Assembly: GCA_964534845.1 (NCBI GenBank)
Contig: CAZHPV010000006.1
Location: forward strand, 11,140 to 75,139
Direction of reading: 5' to 3'
Origin: an uncultured Caulobacterales bacterium
GTDB taxonomy: Bacteria; Pseudomonadota; Alphaproteobacteria; Caulobacterales; Maricaulaceae
Length of the DNA stretch: 64,000 bases
In this document: one piece after another, positions 39,413 to 47,705 of the stretch
Position numbering within the stretch: the first letter of the stretch is position 1
Layout: each line of letters opens with the position of its first letter
Notes under the pieces: generated by a model
The model's input: the letters and a program-made list of their open reading frames with translations, nothing else
Databases searched by the model: none
Told to the model about the DNA's origin: nothing
Translations under genes and position numbers: made by a program

Positions 39413-40372
39413 CTATTTCGGTGATTTATAGTGATGTTTCGGCCAACGCCTATGTGTCCAGAACCACTGGCCGGGATTAGCGCGAATATAACGTTCGGTG
39501 AAATCCAGAATTTTAAGCACGCCGGCTTCGACATCTCGTTCACGGTTGCCCGTATTTTCAAGCTTAAAGGGCGGATTAATCGTTACGTGAAATGTCGGGC
39601 CTTTGCGTGTAACGCTCATTGATAGAAGTGGGCGTCCGGTCTTTAGCGCCAGCCTGACGGCGCCTGTTGCAGTCATGGCCTGCGTACCAAAAAAGGGCAA
39701 AGATAAGCCTTGATTGAATTTCTGATCATTGAGAATGGCAATGCTCTCATTATTTTTTAAGGCCAAAAACAATTCACGCCCGCCCTTATGTGTTGATTTT
39801 TGTACGAGGAATTTCGTGCCATATTTTTGGCGCTGGCTTATAATGCGTTGGTCCATATAGGGGTTGTTGAGCTGACGATAGGTAATTCTAACGGTGTGAT
39901 CGGACTGGGTTAGAACTGTTGCCATAACCTCCCAATTTGCAAAATGGCCGGATATAAAAATTGCAGGGTGGTATAGGTCAAGGTTCTCAACTCCGGAAAT
40001 CGTCACGCGCGAATGAGGGGCGAAAGCCTTGATGCGGTGCATGAGAGGAAACTCCGCAAATGTACGCCCCAGATTATCCCACTGATCGGATAATATGCGC
40101 GTACGCTCCGTATCAGTCAGTTTAGGAAACGCTATCTCGATCCCTGTTTTAGCGATTTTCTGTTTTGAGCTTAGCGGTCCGATCAGGCGCAAAAGCCAGC
40201 CGCCAAACACCGAGGCCGTCCCAAAGGGTAAGAGCCTTAAGACGACACTCACTCCGTCATAGGCCAATGTCTCGAGACGCCAGATCAGTTTTCGGAAAAT
40301 TGAAGGCTCGGAGCGCGGCTTTGACGGACTATTTGGCAAGTCCGGCTCTTTATTTAGCGGTCTGAAGCGCAC
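39413..40372 (-). CDS. Lipid A late acyltransferase (HtrB/MsbB/LpxL family)
   Basis: 319 aa with the acyltransferase motif ISGHFANWE. It overlaps lpxK by 23 nt. Confidence 0.8.
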   Translation of the reverse strand: MRFRPLNKEPDLPNSPSKPRSEPSIFRKLIWRLETLAYDGVSVVLRLLPFGTASVFGGWLLRLIGPLSSKQKIAKTGIEIAFPKLTDTERTRILSDQWDNLGRTFAEFPLMHRIKAFAPHSRVTISGVENLDLYHPAIFISGHFANWEVMATVLTQSDHTVRITYRQLNNPYMDQRIISQRQKYGTKFLVQKSTHKGGRELFLALKNNESIAILNDQKFNQGLSLPFFGTQAMTATGAVRLALKTGRPLLSMSVTRKGPTFHVTINPPFKLENTGNRERDVEAGVLKILDFTERYIRANPGQWFWTHRRWPKHHYKSPK

Positions 40373-41363
40373 GCGCGCGCTCGATGAGGCTATGCAGTAA
40401 GCGGCGTAAGGTCAGCTCGTCTTCAAAGACAACAGAAACCGGCCACGCATGAATTCCGCGTTTGTAACCTCGCGGCAGGCGGACATGGTCTTTTTCTGTT
40501 GTAATCAGGGCTGCGCCGTATTCTGTGGCGAGCATAAAAAGATTTTCCACATCGCTTTCTTTATATTTATAGTGATCGGCATAGGGAATTTCCTCGACCA
40601 GATCCGCCCCGTTGCGGCGCAAGGCGTCGAAGAATTTATTGGGACGGCCTATGCCGGCAAAGGCATATAATTTGCCCTTAGGTGGCGGAGCTTGCGGGGC
40701 TAGGTAGGCGGAAATGGATATCTGTCCTTTAAGCTGGATTTTTAAATCTTCATCAATCGTGAAATCCTTATAGGGCTTCATCAAAATGACGGCATCTGCA
40801 CGCTCAAGTGCGGCCTTTACCGGCTCGCGTAGTGGACCTGCCGGAAAAACGCGGCCATTGCCAAATCCCGTCTCCGCATCCACGACGAGCAGCGATAATG
40901 TTTTTTCAACCAAAGGGTTTTGGTGCCCGTCATCCATAATAATTAAGGAGGCGCCGTATGAACGGGCGGCACGTGCTCCGTCATCCCGTCCCGCGGCCAC
41001 CCAGACCGGGCCGTGTTTGGCGAGTAATAAAGGCTCATCTCCCACATCCAGCGCCTTGTGCTTTTCGCTGACAATTATTGGGCCTTTTTCCTGCCCGCCA
41101 TACCCGCGCGTTAAGGTTACAGCGTTAATGCCCAAACGCCGCAGGCTTTTGAGCAAATATATCGCTACGGGTGTTTTGCCCGTTCCACCCAATGTCGCAT
41201 TGCCTACACATATAACGGGTATACCCGGATCATAGCTTTGTGTGGTTTGTATACGCCTTGCACTAAACCAGCTGTAAATCCACGAAAAGGGCGTAAGCAA
41301 AAGCCGGATCATGGGGGCACTATCGCGCCCGTCCTTATTAAGCCAGAACTCTGGCGGTCTCAT
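40350..41363 (-). CDS. lpxK: Tetraacyldisaccharide 4'-kinase
   Basis: 337 aa with the P-loop GNATLGGTGKTP. Confidence 0.9.
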   Translation of the reverse strand: MRPPEFWLNKDGRDSAPMIRLLLTPFSWIYSWFSARRIQTTQSYDPGIPVICVGNATLGGTGKTPVAIYLLKSLRRLGINAVTLTRGYGGQEKGPIIVSEKHKALDVGDEPLLLAKHGPVWVAAGRDDGARAARSYGASLIIMDDGHQNPLVEKTLSLLVVDAETGFGNGRVFPAGPLREPVKAALERADAVILMKPYKDFTIDEDLKIQLKGQISISAYLAPQAPPPKGKLYAFAGIGRPNKFFDALRRNGADLVEEIPYADHYKYKESDVENLFMLATEYGAALITTEKDHVRLPRGYKRGIHAWPVSVVFEDELTLRRLLHSLIERARALQTAK

Positions 41364-42670
41364 TATATCCGGCCTTTAAACAAGGGTGAGATTTCGTCCC
41401 ACACATAGTCCAAAATTTCATCCCGGCTTTGCGAAAACTTCAAAGCTGCCTGTGCGCGCATAAGACGCTCATCGGGATTGTTAAACAGATGTGATAGGGC
41501 TGGGGCGATCATGTCAGGATTAAATATACGTTCTGCAGCATTAAATGCAAACATCGACATGTAGTTATCGGCGAAACTGGAAATATGCGACCCTGTTAAG
41601 ACGGCATTGCCCAACCGGGCGGGTTCGAGGGGATTATGACCCTTAAGCCCTTTTATCAATGAGCCGCACACAAAGCTGATCTGGGAAAGACTATAGGCTA
41701 ACCCCAATTCACCCACACTATCAAAAAAGTAGACAGCGTTAGAGCTTAGTGGGCGTTCAGCTTGCGACCTCACCCTGTAGGATAGGGGCATTTTATCCAT
41801 TAACGCCGTTATGTCGTCGCGCCGTTCTGGATGTCTGGGCGCGAGAATAAGCAGGGCGTTTTTATGCTCCTCTAAAAGCGATTCATGAGCGGCAAGGATG
41901 AGTTCATCCTCGCCGGCATGCGTGCTGGCCGCACACCAAACGGGTCGGTTGCCAAGATTTTTCTTAAGCCGTTTAAGTTCTTTTTCGTCATAGGATAATG
42001 GGGGCGCGGCATCTTTAAGATTGCCACTGGGCTCAATGTTTTTGCCTAGTAAAACCGAGAGACTATTGGCGGTTTGTTCGTCTGCTGCCAAAATTTTGTC
42101 AAAACACCCAAAGAGGGCAATCGCGGATTTGCGTCGTTTGCGCCACCCATTAAGCGAGGCTTCGCTGAGGCGGGCATTTATCAGAGCCATGCTTATATTC
42201 CGCTCTGATGTAAGTCGTATCAGATTTGGCCAAATCTCTGATTCTGCCCATATCGCCATATCCGGCTTCCAATGATCTAGGAAATTACTGACAGATTTAG
42301 GCGCATCCAGCGGAACATATTGATGAAAGGCCCGCTTGGGTAAGCGTTTTGCCAATAAAGTGGCGGAACTCAGCGTGCCGCTTGTCACCAAAACATTGAG
42401 TTTGGGATTATAGGATAAAAACCGATCGATCAGGGGCAGAAGCATAGTACATTCGCCTACACTGGCACCGTGCATCCATATAAGCGGGCCTTCAGGTCGC
42501 GGCTTTTGCGATTTACCAAAGCGCTCAGAACTGCGGCTGGGATCTTCCTTTCCTTGCAACGCTCGACGCTTTACCCACAAGGGTAGGAAAGGGGATAGCA
42601 TGCGCGTCAATCCCGAATAGCTACGGATGAGGGCCGTGTCTGATACGGGCATATCTGGTCTTTCCCTCAT
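41363..42670 (-). CDS. waaA: 3-deoxy-D-manno-octulosonic acid (Kdo) transferase
   Basis: 435 aa with WMHGASVGE and a glycosyltransferase N/C layout. Confidence 0.92.
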   Translation of the reverse strand: MRERPDMPVSDTALIRSYSGLTRMLSPFLPLWVKRRALQGKEDPSRSSERFGKSQKPRPEGPLIWMHGASVGECTMLLPLIDRFLSYNPKLNVLVTSGTLSSATLLAKRLPKRAFHQYVPLDAPKSVSNFLDHWKPDMAIWAESEIWPNLIRLTSERNISMALINARLSEASLNGWRKRRKSAIALFGCFDKILAADEQTANSLSVLLGKNIEPSGNLKDAAPPLSYDEKELKRLKKNLGNRPVWCAASTHAGEDELILAAHESLLEEHKNALLILAPRHPERRDDITALMDKMPLSYRVRSQAERPLSSNAVYFFDSVGELGLAYSLSQISFVCGSLIKGLKGHNPLEPARLGNAVLTGSHISSFADNYMSMFAFNAAERIFNPDMIAPALSHLFNNPDERLMRAQAALKFSQSRDEILDYVWDEISPLFKGRI

Positions 42671-42672
42671 GG

Positions 42673-43389
42673 CTATAGCGGTTCCGGTTCTGTTGGCGTA
42701 AGGCCGAGCGCACTGTCTGCTTTTGCCAGATAAAGGTTCATTTCCGTCTCGATTTTTAGACGAATGGTCTCAAGCGTCGTTTCATCTGTCTGGGGAGGGA
42801 TAAAGACGGGTGTCCCCCAAATGATTTTCCCGCGTCCAAATGGCAAGGGCCAAATAAAACGATCCCATGTGGTAAATTGTTTCCGGTTTCTTACGGCAAA
42901 GCTACAGGGGAGCAAGGGGGCGCCTGTTAAGCGCGCCAATCTAAGCGGGCCGTGGCTAAGTCGTTGCCTTGGGCCGCGCGGGCCGTCAGGGGTAATGACG
43001 ATGCAGGCGCCGTCTGCAATAGCTGTGACGATTTCCTGAGAGGCTCTTGCTCCGCCTTTAGCTTTTGTGGTTTTTGCTTTGCGCGCGGAACCCCGAATGG
43101 TTTTAAGGCCGAGAAAGTGGGAACAATGGGCGACAATATTACCGTCTCTCGAACGTGAGATTAGGACGTGCGGAGGTTGCCAAGTCTTTTTCCATGCTGA
43201 ATTTAGCATTAAAAACCGCGAATGCCAGGTTAGGGCAATAAGGCCTTCGCCGTTTCCAATAATCGGAGCTGCTATGTCGCTGCGTTCAAAATCCCAACGG
43301 GTGGTGTATTTTACAATGACCATATAGGCCGCGACTAACAGGCCTAATGCTTTTTGTAAGGCGCTTGAGCGCATGAAGCGTTTGAACAC
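42673..43389 (-). CDS. DUF374-family (LPLAT-like) protein commonly found upstream of waaA
   Basis: 238 aa with SRSRDGNIVA...ITPDGPRGP. Confidence 0.75.
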   Translation of the reverse strand: MFKRFMRSSALQKALGLLVAAYMVIVKYTTRWDFERSDIAAPIIGNGEGLIALTWHSRFLMLNSAWKKTWQPPHVLISRSRDGNIVAHCSHFLGLKTIRGSARKAKTTKAKGGARASQEIVTAIADGACIVITPDGPRGPRQRLSHGPLRLARLTGAPLLPCSFAVRNRKQFTTWDRFIWPLPFGRGKIIWGTPVFIPPQTDETTLETIRLKIETEMNLYLAKADSALGLTPTEPEPL

Positions 43390-43440
43390 GCGCGGCCTCC
43401 CTGTTATGCCTGTGTTTTAATCTTTAAAGGCATATGACAG

Positions 43441-44100
43441 ATGAGCCTAGACCTCAATATCCCAGCTCATAGAAAACAGGCCTTGCGCGAGCTTTATTGG
43501 GGCGATCACGGGTTTTTGCGTCTGTGGTTTCACAATCATCATCATTTGGGTGAGGGGATGTATCGTGAAAATCAACCCTCACCAAAGCGGATTGCTATAT
43601 GGGCAGATATGGGGATTAAAACGGTTATCAATTTGCGCGGAGAAAGTCCGAAAGGCTATTATCTTCTAGAGAAGGAGGCCTGCAAGGCGCACGGCTTAAC
43701 ATTAATTGATTACCGTATGTATTCGCGCGATGTACATGACGCTAAGACAATAAAGGGCGCGCGTGACTTATTTGAGACGATAGAATACCCTGCCGTAATG
43801 CATTGTAAATCCGGCGCAGATAGAACCGGTATTATGGGCGTTTTGTATAGACATTTTAAACTCGGCGAGCCCATCGCAAAGGCTGTTGAGCAGTTGGATT
43901 TTAAATATTTACATGTCCGTCAGGGGAAAACTGGCATGTTGGATTTCTTCTTTAAGGATTACCTCGCCTATGCCGAGATACACGGGACGGACTTTATGGA
44001 GTGGGTTGAGACGGTTTATGAGCCCCAAGATGTCAAAGCCCGTTTTATGAGCCATTGGTCAGGAAATGCCTTAACGGAGTTTATTTTACGGCGCGAATGA
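43441..44100 (+). CDS. Cys-based (CX5R) tyrosine-phosphatase-family protein
   Basis: Active-site loop HCKSGADRTG. It is divergent from the lipid A operon, with a 51-nt spacer. Confidence 0.75.
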   Translation: MSLDLNIPAHRKQALRELYWGDHGFLRLWFHNHHHLGEGMYRENQPSPKRIAIWADMGIKTVINLRGESPKGYYLLEKEACKAHGLTLIDYRMYSRDVHDAKTIKGARDLFETIEYPAVMHCKSGADRTGIMGVLYRHFKLGEPIAKAVEQLDFKYLHVRQGKTGMLDFFFKDYLAYAEIHGTDFMEWVETVYEPQDVKARFMSHWSGNALTEFILRRE

Positions 44101-44344
44101 TTTCGATTTGTAGTGTTTCAGGCGAATTGGGCCTCAAGGTCGCGGCGATATTGTATCTCTCACGCGCGATGTTAGGACGACATTTTTTAAGAAAAATCCA
44201 TTAGTCAAGCGTCTTATTGCGGAGTTCTCTTCACATATATGTGTCTATTCTGTTAAGTAAATTTGAGAAAATATGCCTTGAGATGGACATATTTAAGCTT
44301 TTAGTATGGTCCGGATTTTCACAAGAGATATTCAGGAGATACTC

Positions 44345-44911
44345 ATGACTAAATTTAAATCCGCGCTTATCATTTCAACGACTTTAGCCCTTTTTGCAGC
44401 CACGCCGGTTATCGCACAATCTTACGGCAGCGGTGCCGCTAAGGATAAGGTGGTGGATACCGTTAAGGACGAAGCTGTCAAAAGAGCAAAAGATAAGGCC
44501 TATGGTTCTGCTGACAAAGCCACTGACGGCGCTGTGGAAAAAGCCAAAGACGCTTACGGGTCTGGCGAAAAAGCCAAAGACGCTTACGGGTCTGGCGAAA
44601 AAGCCAAAGAATCCTATGGCTCTGGTGATAAAGCTAAAGAAGCTTATGGATCCGGTGATAAGCCATCGCATGGTTCAGGTACCACTGACACGACATCACA
44701 TGGTTCAGGTACAACCGGTACCACATCACATGGTTCAGGAACAACGACGACGACATCACATGGTTCAGGTACAACCCAAACAACAACGACAAGCACATCT
44801 TCGGGGTCTAGCTACTCAAGTGGTTCGACTGTACTCAATTGCCCAACAGGTACGCGCGCCCAGCCTGATGGTACATGTCTGATAGTCGGGAATTATTTTC
44901 CAGGCTCTTAA
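44345..44911 (+). CDS. Secreted low-complexity tandem-repeat protein with a C-terminal Cys loop
   Basis: The ATG at 44345 has a CAGGAGA Shine-Dalgarno sequence. Signal peptide ...ATPVIAQ, four KAK[DE][AS]YGSG[ED] units, four SHGSGTTxTT units, and the ending NCPTGTRAQPDGTC... Confidence 0.75.
   Translation: MTKFKSALIISTTLALFAATPVIAQSYGSGAAKDKVVDTVKDEAVKRAKDKAYGSADKATDGAVEKAKDAYGSGEKAKDAYGSGEKAKESYGSGDKAKEAYGSGDKPSHGSGTTDTTSHGSGTTGTTSHGSGTTTTTSHGSGTTQTTTTSTSSGSSYSSGSTVLNCPTGTRAQPDGTCLIVGNYFPGS
44540..44779 (+). repeat. In-frame 30-nt tandem repeats (two families)
   Basis: aaagccaaagacgcttacgggtctggcgaa occurs twice exactly, plus diverged copies, followed by four tcacatggttcaggtaca... units. 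Confidence 0.85.
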
Positions 44912-44940
44912 AGCCACATAGATTAAAGTTAAAACACGAT

Positions 44941-44970
44941 AAACCGCCCAGTTTTTGGGCGGTTTTTTTT
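44941..44970 (+). terminator. Intrinsic terminator between convergent genes
   Basis: Stem AAACCGCCCA/TGGGCGGTTT with a 5-nt loop and a T-run up to 44970. Confidence 0.85.
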
Positions 44971-44979
44971 ATTTAAATT

Positions 44980-46716
44980 TTAGCCGCAGATTCTGGGCTC
45001 AGTTAGCCTGACCGGCCTGAAATGAAACCATTTACGAAACCATTTTGGATGTAGAATTGTTTCAATATCTTCTGATAAGGTGTCGGCGGTCATATTTTTA
45101 TAGGCTTTGCCATTACGTGTATAGCTTACGACAGCGCCGGGCGTATCAGATACAAAAGCGAGGAGGTCGTAATAAACTTCAGCGCGTTCATTCACGTCAT
45201 ATGTGGCTATAATATTGCGCGGCGTAACCTCGGTGACTTTCGCGACATCTTCCAAATATTTAAACGGTTTAGGGACGTTTTTCATCACCAAGTGATTACT
45301 AACGCCGGCCTCCAATCTCAAATTTGAGAACATGTTTACCGCCTGTGCTGTTTTCAAACCAAAATAGGGCATAGCGCAATTTGCAAAAAATAGAGCTGTT
45401 GCCATTCCACCAATAACATTGGCACTCGCGCGGTTTTCGGTGGGGGTTAGGCGTTGTTGAGAGCTCCCATGGCGCATTATCACAAAGCAGAAGGGCAGTA
45501 ATATGGGGAGCATAAGGATTGTGACTATTGAATATTGACGTGTGAGAGCCATTAAGATCACCAGAAAAACCAAGATCAAAGCCGCGCCGATATAAACTGG
45601 GTGCCGTTTTCTATCAGTTATGAATTTCATGAGAGTTGAATTTTGTATATTGAGAGCGGCCTCTTCGTTTAGGAATAGGCAGTGCAGTGCGATCGCGAGC
45701 GTCGTAAATGTAATATACATGGCGTAACCGCTAAGGGCGAGTAAGATATGAAAACAAATGCCGCAGATAATGCCGATATGGCGCCAACGTTTTGATAACA
45801 ACATCAAGACAAGTATGGTCTCAATGATAAATGTGCCATAAATGGCAAGGTAATACATGGCATCAAAACGTATGAGATTAAGCGGTGTTGGCATTTTATG
45901 CCATAATGACACGGCGCAACTTGTGTCGGGATTTAGAAAATCGGAATTGATTTTGTGAAACACACCCCAAAAATACATTACAAATAATGTGCCTTGCCCG
46001 GCGACGGTGAAATTAGTGAAAATTTGCGTCCAGCTTCTGCCCCGTAAAGCCGTATAAATAAAGGCGAACCAATAGCCTAAAATTGCAAAGTTTCTGACGA
46101 TAGTGTGGTTTGAATTAATAGGTGCTTGTGCGATAGCGCTTATGGTACTTGTCAACATAAGTAGAAAAAGCAGGCGCGAAGATTGGGGCTTAAAAAATAA
46201 GAAAATTGCAGATATCAAGAGAAGCACCAGGTCCCAATCCGGTGGTAAACGTCCATATTTCAGCGTGTAATTAAAAAAATGGAAGATCGAGAAAAGCGAA
46301 AATAAAAGCCCGAAAATTGTTGCGCGGGCTTGTGCGCCTTGCTCTTCAGGCATGATTTGAGTGCGTCCCATTGCAAATAGAACCAACCATCGACCTGCAC
46401 GCAAAATGGGATAGAGGAACGCGGCTAAAAACCCAATCGACATAATCCATTTATTTATTTTATTGAACAGGGTTGAAGGCGTTGAAAGCAGGGCTAAATG
46501 ATTAACGGCTTCATGGCCACCTATAAGACGGCCGTCTAAATCTATGACCATGCCCTTATCCAGATTAAATCCCTTTTTGATAAGGTCATTCTTTTTGTCG
46601 GGATGTTCACGCAGGTCAATGAGTGTGATGGGTCCAGCCGTCTCTTTTATACGTATTAGAGACATATATTTTTGGCAAAAGGGGCAATCCCCGTCGTAAA
46701 AAACACTTAAGGCCAT
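44980..46716 (-). CDS. Fusion protein: N-terminal DCC-family (DUF393) CxxC thiol-disulfide oxidoreductase domain, an HTTM / vitamin-K-dependent gamma-carboxylase-like polytopic membrane domain, and a C-terminal soluble domain
   Basis: 578 aa starting VFYDGDCPFCQ (DCC signature), followed by many hydrophobic helices. WGVFHKINSDFLNP resembles the GLKKLDADW region of animal carboxylase, and ICFH... and AVNMFSN also resemble HTTM motifs. These comparisons are from memory. Strong GAGGGGGAG Shine-Dalgarno sequence. Confidence 0.6.
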   Translation of the reverse strand: MALSVFYDGDCPFCQKYMSLIRIKETAGPITLIDLREHPDKKNDLIKKGFNLDKGMVIDLDGRLIGGHEAVNHLALLSTPSTLFNKINKWIMSIGFLAAFLYPILRAGRWLVLFAMGRTQIMPEEQGAQARATIFGLLFSLFSIFHFFNYTLKYGRLPPDWDLVLLLISAIFLFFKPQSSRLLFLLMLTSTISAIAQAPINSNHTIVRNFAILGYWFAFIYTALRGRSWTQIFTNFTVAGQGTLFVMYFWGVFHKINSDFLNPDTSCAVSLWHKMPTPLNLIRFDAMYYLAIYGTFIIETILVLMLLSKRWRHIGIICGICFHILLALSGYAMYITFTTLAIALHCLFLNEEAALNIQNSTLMKFITDRKRHPVYIGAALILVFLVILMALTRQYSIVTILMLPILLPFCFVIMRHGSSQQRLTPTENRASANVIGGMATALFFANCAMPYFGLKTAQAVNMFSNLRLEAGVSNHLVMKNVPKPFKYLEDVAKVTEVTPRNIIATYDVNERAEVYYDLLAFVSDTPGAVVSYTRNGKAYKNMTADTLSEDIETILHPKWFRKWFHFRPVRLTEPRICG

Positions 46717-46775
46717 AAACTCCCCCTCACGCTCTATAATATGCGATAAGTGTTTAACTTTCCGTGAAACAACAA

Positions 46776-46802
46776 AGCCCGCCTCACAGTATGAGGCGGG
46801 CT
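46776..46802 (-). terminator. Strong hairpin terminator in the msrB-downstream spacer
   Basis: 11-bp stem AGCCCGCCTCA/TGAGGCGGGCT with a 5-nt loop. T-rich tracts lie on both sides: TTGTTGTTT on the minus strand and CGTTTTG on the plus strand. Confidence 0.7.
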
Positions 46803-47126
46803 CGTTTTGAAGTTTGGGTCTTACCGGACATCATGCCGGTTTCAAGATAGATAGCTCTTTACCCAATTTCGTTTTTACGAAAGGGCTGATCTAACAGCTT
46901 TGGGCAGACCCCTCAAAATAGATAGACAAATCAGACCTCCTTTCATAAATGCGGCCCCACTATGGGACGGCTCATGACGAAAGTCTGCGATAAATTCCGG
47001 TAAAAATCAATCCTGAAATTTCATGAAATTTTTTACAGCGTTTACGCTGGCTTAAGGAAATCAACCCAGTCTAACGCGGCTCAATAAAAGCCGCGACATA
47101 GTTGGGGGCTAGACCCCTAAATTCGC

Positions 47127-47624
47127 TTAGGCGTCAGCGATAAAATCCAGAGCGACACCATTATTGCAATAGCGCAGGCCTGTAGGGCGCGGTCCGTCTT
47201 TAAAGACATGTCCCTGATGTCCGCCGCAGCGCGAGCAATGATATTCCGTACGCGGTAGGACGAGTTTGTAATCTTTCTTGGTTTCGACAGAGCCTTCAAT
47301 AGCCTGAAAAAAGCTCGGCCAACCTGTGCCGGAATCGAATTTATATTCGGCCTTGAATAGAGGTAGTTTACAGCCGGCACAGGCAAATGTGCCGTCCCGT
47401 TTTTCGTCATTTAGCGGGCTTGTAAAGGGGCGTTCCGTGCCTTCTTGACGAAGGATGTAAAACTCCTGATCCGTTAGAATCTGTTTCCACTCGGTTTCGG
47501 AAAGGCTTGCCCAGTCTTGGTTGGTCAATTTAGTCTCCACGGCTTGCGCTTCATTGCTTGTCTTTGTGCAGGACGCCAATGCTATTGCAGCGGCACCTAA
47601 ACCTAATTTGCGCCTTGTTAACAT
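47127..47624 (-). CDS. msrB: Peptide-methionine (R)-S-oxide reductase MsrB, exported form
   Basis: Zinc CxxC pairs (CAGCKLPLF and CSRCGGHQGHVF), the catalytic RYCNNG motif, and an N-terminal TRRKLGLGAAAIALASC that looks like a Tat signal plus lipobox. Confidence 0.9.
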   Translation of the reverse strand: MLTRRKLGLGAAAIALASCTKTSNEAQAVETKLTNQDWASLSETEWKQILTDQEFYILRQEGTERPFTSPLNDEKRDGTFACAGCKLPLFKAEYKFDSGTGWPSFFQAIEGSVETKKDYKLVLPRTEYHCSRCGGHQGHVFKDGPRPTGLRYCNNGVALDFIADA

Positions 47625-47705
47625 GATATAAGCTCCTTGTTCGGCCCATTCTATAGGCTAAAAAACGTTAAAAGACCAATTACGTTTGTATCACGATGGA
47701 GTGAA

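Noticed and set aside
44384-44882. ORFs 44394-44882 (+) and 44384-44671 (-) overlapping the secreted repeat gene
   Set aside because: They are frame-shifted or antisense readings of the 30-nt tandem repeats. The frame with a signal peptide and Shine-Dalgarno sequence is preferred.
46947-46960. AAATGCGGCCCCAC shared with 50200-50214 (AAATGCGGCCCCCAC) in the ileS upstream spacer
   Set aside because: The flanks do not align convincingly. A 12-14-mer match within 64 kb is compatible with chance.
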